A DNA stretch of 64,000 nt from Marsupella aquatica (lineage: Eukaryota; Plantae; Marchantiophyta). Position 1 is the stretch's first letter. Each line of letters starts with the position of its first letter. The notes under the pieces were generated by a model. The model was not told the origin of the DNA, ran no database searches, and saw nothing but the letters and a program-made list of their open reading frames with translations. Where the stretch lies: positions 9,881,832-9,945,831 of the forward strand of contig OZ316897.1 of the NCBI GenBank assembly GCA_973895155.1, read 5' to 3'. Positions 26,665-36,619 of the stretch are shown one piece after another. The translations under genes and the position numbers were made by a program.

Positions 26665-27084
26665 ATTGCTTTGGTCTGTTATGTAACTTACTCACAGTGG
26701 GGGCGATTGGTGTCCATTTTTGGCAAGAGTTATCGACCTAACAATTACAATGATTGAGCATAAGCTTCTGACCAGGGCAGGGCAGCAAATACCCTAGGGC
26801 TTCACAATAGAATAAGTGATGGCCGCCAAGAGTCCACAACTGCATTAGGTACATGGATCGACACCTCTTCTGACATATTCAGGCATGCCTGACGAGCTGA
26901 TGTTCGAGTGGCTACTTGGATGGTAGTATGTTTAATATCCTGAGCATGTAACTTCTAGTGTACAGTTTGAAGACTAGCCTAAACGATGGCCAATTAAAAA
27001 GGACCTAGAGCGGCCTGGTTACTCTACGGTATTCATTCCTCTTGAACATAGTTTTGTATTCCAGACTCTAGGTATGAATGACCT

Positions 27085-27441
27085 TAAATAAAATAAAATT
27101 AAATAGAAGTATTTTTTGTACAAAAAGGACTTCCTATCTATTGAGGATCCAAAGGATTAGTGATCACAATTAAAGATTCATGGATATTAATTGTAATGAA
27201 ATCATTACCATTTTAGCAAATCGAATTGATCAATGCGAGTGGATTTCCTATTACGATAAATAGCTAAAACAATGGCTAAACCGATGGTTGCTTCGGCTGC
27301 TGCAATAGATATTATAAAAATAGAGAAAATTTCTCCTTTTATTTGTGAATTATCCATAAAATTGGAAAAAGTAACTAGATTTATATTAACGGCGTTAAGA
27401 ACTAACTCTAAGCACATAAGTGCTCTAACCATATTTCAGCC
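27085..27441 (-). pseudogene. ndhE: Nuclear plastid DNA insertion (NUPT): 5'-truncated ndhE plus AT-rich downstream spacer
   Basis: 27432-27205 translates [10 protein letters not shown]...[32 protein letters not shown], which is NdhE/NuoK lacking about 25 N-terminal residues. The island is intronless and AT-rich. The left boundary is approximate. Confidence 0.92.
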
Positions 27442-28466
27442 GAGCTTTGAAACTTGTGTCCAAGCTAGAAGACTCAATCTTTGTATATGCTATCACTTTA
27501 CCTTGCTTTTCTCCAGATCTGGATAAGTTTCAAGTCTCGGCTCTTACGATGTGCTGTCACAGGAACATTTGCATTGTCAGTTCCCATGAAAGCGGAAATT
27601 GTCACCTTATTGACCAAGAGATTTGCTGTAACATGAATTTGTGCATTGTCATTGCCAATGGAATCGGAAAGTGTCGCCTTGCTTGTTGCGTTCAGCCAAT
27701 CATTCATTCAAGGATTCTGGGTCTTCATCACTTACAACGAGTATCCAGAGATAGATAGTATTACGTACAAGAATTAGTCAGCAACAGGGCTCGTTTAGGA
27801 AGGCTTTCTCCCTAATATTCCTGGATTCACATTTTGACAGGTTTCGCTCCTGCAAACTTCGTCTTACTCGCACACGTCATAGAATCTCATCGATTAGATA
27901 TATCAGATTTTAAGCAAAGAAGGCTATGGCATTTTGTTGTAATATTTCAACAGATCTTGAATTCCTATACAATCAAGCAGATGCTCTGTGGTTGTAGGAA
28001 AATCTGTATACATGACCCCCGAGTTCTAACAAAGAGCGTCATCTTGAGTAAGACATCTGGAAACACAGAACTACGGAGTCCCCGGCCCAGTATGTGTTGA
28101 TGCAAAATACGAGGTAGGCTGGCACACTGGACATGCATCACGTACAGCATAGAGTCACATTCACGCTGGTATTGAGAATAGACCAATCCAATAAAAATGC
28201 TTACAACCAAGCATCTTACTGTCATTAGCCTGGGAAATTGTGTCCTTGCAGATCACTCTAGCCTTGTAAAACAAGAGAGATCAATCAGCGACAAAGTAAG
28301 GGAGTCAATAAAAATCTGTTTGGGACATGTCAAGTTCTCTGCTCTCCACTGAGCCAAAAAGAGAGGAGGCTGCTCTATAACAAAATCTTCAAGCATCTCG
28401 AGAGCCACAAGCACTCCTCTACTCAGTCAAAGTAATCTGTTAGCACTCCCCTGCTCAACCACAATT

Positions 28467-29072
28467 TTATGCCTCCTTAGCCGCCTCCTCCACCGGCCAC
28501 TGATACAGCGCCTCCAAACGATGTCCCTCCGGATCATACACAAAGCATGTGTAGTAATTCTCATGAATCTCCAGCCTGAGTCCAGGCGCTCCATCACCTC
28601 GCCCAGCGTTTGCAAGAGCCGCAGCATAGAAAGCATCTACCGCCTCACGGCTTGGAGCATTGAAACAGAGATGAGTACGTGCCCCATGAGGAGCGGCCTG
28701 TGTTCGTTTCGCGAGCAATGTCAACAACCTCTTCGTCATGAAATTCAAACAGGGCCAAAAAACTGACAGTCAAATCCAACAAACTCCAAAGACATGATCA
28801 AAAACAATGGGCCGAGCTACTCAATGTGCAGTACAAACCTCAGGATCCTCAAATAACGTAAACGGCTCAGAATCCACTCCCTCATCGACCGGATAGCCCC
28901 AGCCACAGACCTCAGCATGTTTACCCACAGGCTGGTCACGGTAGACCTGGGTTATACCGAAGGTGGCGAAGACTGCATTGTAAAATTTCTCACAGACGGG
29001 CATGGACTTGACGCCGAAAGACAAGTGGCCGAGGAGACTGAGGCGACGTGGGTTGGTTGTGTAGGATGCCAT
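28467..29072 (-). CDS. VOC (glyoxalase/bleomycin-resistance/dioxygenase) family protein, 154 aa, microbial type
   Basis: Exons 29072-28839 and 28697-28467 join at a phase-0 GT-AG intron. Motifs: GHLSFGV..FY, HLCFNAPSREAVDAFYAAAL..G..DGAPGLR and YY.CFVYDPEGHRLEA. Confidence 0.88.
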
Positions 29073-31728
29073 AGTGGCGTCTCGATAGATGGATAGGCCG
29101 TGCGGTGAATATTGGGTGCTTTTTTACTTCAACTCCAGGAGAGGAGGAAAGGAGAACAGTGAGCTTCACAGACCAAGGAAATCATGTGCACGCATTTGTC
29201 ACTGCTTCGAATGATTGCCGTTAACCTCCATCTGAACTATACAAGGAAAATGTTATTAAAGGTTATCAGCTCCTTGAACTGTCCGTTGGTCGAGGGGCAA
29301 AATCTGTGCCACACCACTGCTCAGTTTGCAAGCCAAACACCTATCGAGAGGGCTTGTAGATCTGTTGATGAGCCTTGCAATTTCCGACAACAAGGGAGTC
29401 GTCGTTCACACGTGTGCTCATACATTGCAGCTACTTGACTGACAACAGAGAAGGAAACCCAATGTCTTGTTCTTCTTCAGGAGCCTGGAGAGCCTCACTT
29501 TCAAAACTAATGTCCAAACAAGCACGGAGAAGCAAGGAATTGCACCATCAAAGGCTGCACAATCTCACCAACAGCTTCCAGATGAGAACAGAGCAGCAAA
29601 TTCTTAGTTAGCTACTCCTGTACAGACCGGACCATGGGAGAGTCTCAGGATTGAATAGCAGTGAGCCCAGCTTCATACTTAGTATACATTCTGCACCTTC
29701 ATTGCAAAAGTATCCCATTATGAAATCATTACCTGTCTACTACTGTGTTGCTGAAGTTGCGAAACCTGTCAACGACACATTATTCAACGTTCCCATTTTT
29801 TTTTCCTTTTTTAAAAGGGGAAATCTGTGAAACCACACAGAAAAGGAACAATGTCACAACATTTGAATCCTAGACCAATGAGTCTCAAGTGAGCTACCAC
29901 ACACCCAACCATGCCTCTCTGGGCTTACTCAACCTTCCTTAATCCTCAATATGATGTTCCAAAACAGGTGGGCTGAGAAAATTTTCTGGCAGTTTTGGAC
30001 TTTCTGAAAATGGGAAGGAAATTAAATTCCAGACATGACAGTGTGAAAAACTTTATATGAAGTGAAATGTCCCCCAAAATGATGGTTTTTTGTTGAAATA
30101 GTCCCTGATCACATGTGTTGGCTAAGTGTGCGGGAAATACAGCAAACATTTTTGGCTCGGAAAACTTTAAATGGCCACCCGAGAAAGCGTCGACGCAAAT
30201 TAAAAAATAACTTTAGGCAAAGATCGAGACCCAAATTACCCCACTATGGAACATCTCCGGGTCACTCAGTGAAAACGAAGCCAGGATGGCACAAACTCCC
30301 CCATGGACTTCTTCAACGAAATGGACCTCAAGTTTCGTCAAATGTAACTCTAGTAATACTACGTACAATCCTCGATGAAATAATTATGTCATCAGCCTAA
30401 GGGTCAGGGTGTGGGCTAGAAGTCTTGGGCACTGAATTTGATTCTTGTCAAAACGATTCTCAAAGCTGTCGATGATTGATTCTGAACGCAGTATATGACA
30501 ATCTTAACAATCAGCCTTCAGAACCAATCATTATCCACAGCAATGAGAATCGTTTTGCTTCAGATTCTCATACAATTCTGAAGGCTGATTGTGAAGATTG
30601 TTGGAACAGATTCTTCAGATTGCTCGTCAGTGTTGACGAGGAGCTCTTGCTACACAATGTATTAGTTGGGAAAATTTGGACTGGGATTGTAAAAACGACT
30701 GTGAAGCTTGTAGCAAGACAGTGAACTAATCTGGCAGAGTATCTAAGGAGTATTTCCAAGTGAGGGCAAGTACGTTAACAGATACCACGAGGCAAGTGAT
30801 GTTATGAAAAATCTTAATCTGTTCGTGTCGCTTCGATGCAATGATTCCATTGATCAATAAGAACAAGGCCTAGTACCCTCAAAGGTGAGAGCCATAGTCA
30901 AAATCTCCTCATCGAATAGAGAGATCTGGTCTACGGAGACCTGTTGGCAATCTTAGCGAGTGCTCAGTTTTGCTGCTCAAACCTCAATATTTAACTAAGA
31001 AAGTGCAATCAAAAGCTATTCCCTGGACTTACTGTCTAGAGTGAAACCTCTAGAAATGTTCAAGCCCAAAAATATGATCATAAGTTAAGCCCCTACATTT
31101 TGCGTGCTGTGCTCTGACTTATGAATTAATCACTAGACCTTGTTGAAAATGGAAGTGGATAATTCAATGGACACAAACTTCGGACACTTTACTCAGATGG
31201 ACACAGGAACCTTTTAGTGTCATGATACTCGTGGAACCTTACAGTGTCATGTATGGAATTATAATAGGTTATATATATCACTGTAACCATGGGAACTGAT
31301 GGATTTAGAAGCCTGTACACATAGAGTAACCATGGTAACCAAGGGAACTCAACTCCTTCAGTTGAATGAGAATGGAGGCTGCTGCATGGGCAGAATACTG
31401 GAGCAATCCACCCAAAACCTTCCATTGCTGGTCAAATATATGTTTACCTGTCATCTTAGATCAATTAAAGTGTAAGATGTGCTAAGGGAGCAAATTTAAA
31501 TGTTTTGCTAGTTTCCATCAGGGTTTCACATGACCATCCTACGTCATGTCACAAGGTTTGTGTCCATCCAAACTTCCACCTCCTCTTTTTCCTCATAATT
31601 TCCTCTACATTTAATGCAAATCAATGAAAGTACATTATCTGATAAATTTAGGCCACTATTATAAGGAATATTCATTCCAAGGTAAAATAAGGAATATTCT
31701 AAGCTTATTTTCAATCTATTGGCCAATA

Positions 31729-32082
31729 CTGCATTTTACTAATCTACCTCCTTAACTTGACCATAATCTCTAACCTGCCCCCCAAACCATTTTTTAATTA
31801 GTCAGTGACCTTAACCCGGCCAAGCTAACCGGTGATGGCCACCCATTGGCCCACAATGTAACCGCATGGACTCACCTTAACCGCACCTCTCCCCCACACC
31901 TTGTACAAAAGCTAGGAAACGCAATTGGGGAGGAGGTTAGGATGGGCGCCCAAGTGGGCAGCATGGTGAGTGATGTGGGTTACATTCACTCACTCTCAGC
32001 CAACCCCTCGTTAGAAGATGGGTAATTGTGACCGGCTTAGAAACTACGGTCAGTTTTTGGGGCAGGTTAGTAAACCACTGAT
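31729..32082. mobile_element. hAT-like MITE (about 350 bp)
   Basis: Imperfect terminal inverted repeats (CTGCATTTTACTAATCTACCTC versus reverse complement CAGTGGTTTACTAACCTGCCCC). GGCCAATA is repeated on both flanks (31721-31728 and 32083-32090). Confidence 0.5.
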
Positions 32083-33212
32083 GGCCAATAATTCTTCCCG
32101 AGCTTTTTCAGTCTCGAGTTTTTGGCCAAAGAGCTCGATGAGAACGCCTTTGTTCAGTTTACGCAGAAACCCTCGATCGCTCTTCTGTTGCTCTCGTTTT
32201 CCGTTCTTTGAGCGCATGTTTTGAAGCACATTCCGGCTTCGTCGATCCTCTTGCCATGCTACTCGTCTCCTCGGTTTGTAAACGCTTGTTGGTTCCGAGG
32301 TCTGGTTTTCAAAACATAGTCAATTTTTTTGCCATCCTTTTCTTTCCTTCCACTCGATTATCAACTCTATCGACGAGTTTTGATTTCTCAGGTTCACATG
32401 TCTAACGCCAGGAACTCTGTCGATTTGCCCTCGTGTGTACTGTCGTGATTGCTGGCTTGTTGCGCCCGACCTCGATACGCACGCCCATACTTCAGAGGTG
32501 TTTTTCGATTCCCGGAGTAGTTCCCAGTTTAGACGCAGAAAGAAGTGCATGTTGAAAAAGTGCTAGGGTATTGTATTTCCCGAGCACAGAGCGTTGCAAG
32601 GTAAAGTCCCCGGCTCCCGCTTCGGCAACCGCCATCGAGAGGTACAAATTAGGTACTACTTTGCTTCAGGACACGTTACTACATGGCTCTTTTTTCCGTC
32701 GTCACAAACATAATTGAACACTATATACGTTCATGGACAATGCCTCGTCTTTACTTTTGGACTAGTGTTTGCATTTCATTGTGACAAGGGCTCCGGACGT
32801 ATGTGATGCTCGAGATGGTAATTCTGTTCGGACTTTCTTTCCAGGACTTTCTTGCCGGGACTACCTACCAAATCAAATGACGTCTATCCTGGTTTGATGT
32901 GACCCGACTGACCAAATTCGTTGCAATCTCTCGACGGAACATAGCCTGCAGATGACATCGAGCTGCGTAAAAGCACGCTTAGCGTGAGCTCTGTTAGTAT
33001 TTGGGAAAATTCCGCAGCGTATGTGTTACACTTATTGGGTGATGACAAGGGGAAACTTTAGGGTGTACAGTTAGGGTACAGGCACGAGAATCCTGTGATG
33101 TGTACGAGGTGGCTGCATATCGAGAACGGTCAAGGGACAGACGCACGAGATTGGAGTGCATCCGGCTACGGTAGCAGGAACAGAGAATCATCGAGTTGCA
33201 GCTGGAATCAGC

Positions 33213-35255
33213 ATGGAGGAGAGGAAGCTGACAACTTTGAATCATAAGCAGAAGCGGGAAATTTGTAATCACAAGCAGAAGAACCCAACGCTCACGAACA
33301 GAGAGTTGCAGGCATGGGTGTTAGAGACATTCGGTGCCAAGGTACATCAAGCGACCATCAGCCGAGTTCTGAAGAAAGCCTCCGCTTTGCTTTCCAACGT
33401 TACTTCCGATGACGTTAAGAGAAGTAGGAATCCTCGTTCCCCGGCCTTGGAGGGACCGAGGCCCGAGACTGGATTGATTATAGCCACTGTAGCAGCAGCA
33501 GAGAATCCTCGAGTTGCAGGTGGAATCATAGAGGAGAGGAAGCTGACCACCTTGAGCCATAAGCAAAAGCGGGATATTTGTAACCACAAGCAGAAGAACC
33601 CAGACCTCACGAACAGAGAGTTGCAGGCATGGGTGTTAGAGACATTCGGTGCCAAGGTACATCAAGCAACCATTAGCCGAGTTCTGAAGAAATCCTCCGC
33701 TTTGCTTTCCAACCTTACTTCCAATGACGTTAAGAGAAGTAGGAATCCTCATTGCCCGGCCTTGGAGGAAGCTCTTTATCGTTGGTACCTTACTGCCCAG
33801 GAAGCTCGATTGCCCATTTCAGAGGACATGCTCACAGAAAAAGCTAAGGCATTGTATGAAATTTTGAGTGCGAAAGATTCTAACATTAAGGGCTGCAAGT
33901 TTAGCTCTGGGTGGCTGCAAGGTTTCAAAAAGCGGCACAACATTCAGCTGCGTGTCTCGCATGGCGAAGGTGATTCGGTTCAGGTCAATCAGGATACTTG
34001 GAACCAGTTTGCAGCGTTGAAGGCTACGCTGTCAACATACGAACCCTGTGATATCTTTAACATGGATGAAACAGGGCTCTTCTTCAAGTTGCAGCCGAAC
34101 AAGTCATTGCGAGATAGAGTAGTCCAAGGGCAGAAAAGGGACAAGACTCGAATCACACTGGGATTGTGTTCGAATATGGATGGCAGCATGAAATTTCCCC
34201 CGCTGATAATCAACGAGTCTGCGAATCCCAAGGCATTCTCTCAACGCAAAATAAAGCGGCCCAACAACTTGGGAATCACGTGGTACAGTAACAAGAAGGC
34301 ATGGATGCGAAGTGACGTCTTTCAGGACTGGGTGATGCGATTTGAGAATCGCATGAAATCTCTGGGTCGAAAGAAGGTTGCATTATTGGTGGACAATGCA
34401 CCTGGGCATGTGTTAACGACCGTTGCAGACAAGCTAACGATCACAAAGGTTCTGTTTTTACCGGCCAACACCACCGCACGTTTCCAACCCATGGATGTAG
34501 GTATAATTCAGAGCTTCAAATGCCATTACAGGAAGTTGTTTGTGCGAAAACAACTGGCTGACTTGGAAAAGAATGAGCCATTGTCACTTGATATCTATCA
34601 AGCCGTAGTGATGGTTGTGAATGCATGGAACGATGGAGTAACCCAGCAGACAATACAAAATTGCTGGCGACATTGTTCGCTGACAATTCCCCGAGACGCG
34701 CTGACAATTTACCGAGACGAGGCGCCTGATCAAGTGCAACGAGATGTTGACCTTGAGGCCTCACTGCATGATGACGACCTTAATGCTCAATTGGAAGATC
34801 TCGGGGAGTATTTAGCACAATTGTCATTGCAATTCCCTGTCAACTTATCAGTGGACGAGTATATTGCTGCAGATTCAGTCAATAATGCTCCTACATTTTG
34901 CACAGATGCTGACATTTCGGACTATCTAGTGGATCGGCCTGAAGAAGAGGATGAACAGACTCCAATAGAGGAAGTTGTGCAAGAAGGTGAGAGGGAGGAC
35001 AACGACTTAGTTGAGCCAGATATTGAAGTGCCTTACATGCCATTTGGCGTAGGCATGGCTCACTTCGAGTCTCTCCAGACATTCCTCCAACAGCAAGACT
35101 GGGATACTTATCAGCTGACAGTTGAATTGAAGAAGATGGTGAAAGTCTGCACGAAGGAGCACATGAAGACTCTGGTTCAGACAAGCCTTGACAGTTTTTT
35201 TGAGCTGGAAAGTCACGTTGCAGATGGAATGATCGATTTAATGCAAGCTCCTTGA
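33213..35255 (+). CDS. pogo/Tigger-type transposase-derived protein (two CENP-B N-terminal HTH, HTH_Tnp_Tc5, DDE_1; DD33D)
   Basis: Uninterrupted ORF, first ATG at 33213. Motifs: LEEALYRW, FSSGWLQGFKKRHNI, IFNMDETGLFF, LLVDNAPGH, FLPANTTARFQPMDVGIIQSFK and TIQNCW, followed by an acidic tail and a terminal QTSLDSFF. Confidence 0.9.
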   Translation: MEERKLTTLNHKQKREICNHKQKNPTLTNRELQAWVLETFGAKVHQATISRVLKKASALLSNVTSDDVKRSRNPRSPALEGPRPETGLIIATVAAAENPRVAGGIIEERKLTTLSHKQKRDICNHKQKNPDLTNRELQAWVLETFGAKVHQATISRVLKKSSALLSNLTSNDVKRSRNPHCPALEEALYRWYLTAQEARLPISEDMLTEKAKALYEILSAKDSNIKGCKFSSGWLQGFKKRHNIQLRVSHGEGDSVQVNQDTWNQFAALKATLSTYEPCDIFNMDETGLFFKLQPNKSLRDRVVQGQKRDKTRITLGLCSNMDGSMKFPPLIINESANPKAFSQRKIKRPNNLGITWYSNKKAWMRSDVFQDWVMRFENRMKSLGRKKVALLVDNAPGHVLTTVADKLTITKVLFLPANTTARFQPMDVGIIQSFKCHYRKLFVRKQLADLEKNEPLSLDIYQAVVMVVNAWNDGVTQQTIQNCWRHCSLTIPRDALTIYRDEAPDQVQRDVDLEASLHDDDLNAQLEDLGEYLAQLSLQFPVNLSVDEYIAADSVNNAPTFCTDADISDYLVDRPEEEDEQTPIEEVVQEGEREDNDLVEPDIEVPYMPFGVGMAHFESLQTFLQQQDWDTYQLTVELKKMVKVCTKEHMKTLVQTSLDSFFELESHVADGMIDLMQAP

Positions 35256-36189
35256 GTCGAATTCTGGATGCTTTGCCTTGTTTCGCACTGCAATTGTGAT
35301 CCATCTTTCTGAAGTGCTCATTTTGTTAAGTGTGCACTAAACGAAGGGGTTTGGGTGGCGGGAAAGATTGCCTTCCTGTTATAGCCGTAAGACCTGACGT
35401 AGGGTACGCCTGCAGTGTGCATTTCTTGCATAGTGGGTCTCGTATCAGCTAGAGATCGTTTTTGAAGGTCCCAGGAGCAGCAGCGGCGCATGTGTGATGC
35501 CGATGGGGAAGAGGAAACGTGCTGCCCATGAGGCATTGGTCCCTCAGTTTTTTGCAGGATTCAATGCCTGCTTCCTGTTTGAGGGGGAGTGCCATGGGTA
35601 CCCTTCAAGGTTCTCCGTGGCAGATTCACGCATTTTGGAGGAGTTTTTGCTACAAAGATACTCGACGACCCATATTGTGGCCTCTTCGTGGTCAACTGTC
35701 ATTGGGAAGCTTAGTGTTTGCTGGAGGTGCCCGTATCGATTGTCCTCAAGCACCTTCTGCGTTTCCTTGGATTAGTTGACTGGATGCCTCCCGAGTTCAG
35801 GAAAGTTCCAGAGTTACACTCTAGGCTTGATCTCGATGGTGAACAGTCCAGTTGCAGAGGTGGCAGCGATTGCGTGGGCGATTGCTTCCCGATGGCATAA
35901 TGGGAATATATTGACGGGAAATGCAATTGTCAAATCGGGGGTGAGGTAATTGACCAGGTAGTCAGCTCCTCAATCCAGGTAGTGGACCAGGTAGCAAGCT
36001 CATCAATCCAGTAGATACTGGGCTCCATATTGAAATAAAGTGACAGGGAGATCCTATGCTCTTATAAACCTCATCAAATATATCATTCTCACCAATAAAG
36101 AGGTAAGTCGGCTAAATCTTTGTGCTGGAAGAAGGTTCCCATGGTCATTTTATTGTCGTTTAATGGTAGTGAGTTCAATGGGGTGTCAT

Positions 36190-36600
36190 AAACTCAAACC
36201 AAATCTGATCTTCCAAATGACAATTGCTTTTGATTGATTTACTTTTGCTGTTGGAAAATCAGGAAGAAGCCAAGGTGCAAAGAGCTCGTCCGCAAAATTT
36301 TCAACGTTTGCCAGACGAAATAGTTGCCAAGGATGGTCAAGTGCACAGAATTGTAGCCAGTTGGACAACGCGAGGAAACTAGGTTTAGCAGGGATGGGAG
36401 GACTAGGGATTCACGAAGGCAGTCTTCAAGGCTTTGTGTTTCAAGTTTGAGTATACTTGTGTTCTTCCAAACATGAAGCAAATCGCTGGGACAACAAGGC
36501 GATTCAAAGAGGGCGGTGTGGGAATATATGCATCACCATGGCAAGAAAGTTCAAGTAGTAGGATAAACTTGGTCTAGTCTCAAAGGCAGAGAACTATGGC
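36190..36600 (+). pseudogene. Remnant of a hydrolase-NLR copy (intron 2 end and start of the NB-ARC exon)
   Basis: Clear similarity to 41680-42090 (AAAATCAG|GAAGAA..CCAAGGT..CAAAATTTTCAACG..., TTTGAGTATACTTGT, CATCACCATGGCAAGAAAG), with deletions and frameshifts through the P-loop. Confidence 0.85.
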
Positions 36601-36619
36601 TTCTTTTGGAAGAGAGCTT

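Noticed and set aside
27205-27432. Functional nuclear-relocated ndhE
   Set aside because: It lacks the first transmembrane segment, has an in-frame stop just upstream, and shows no transit-peptide exon.
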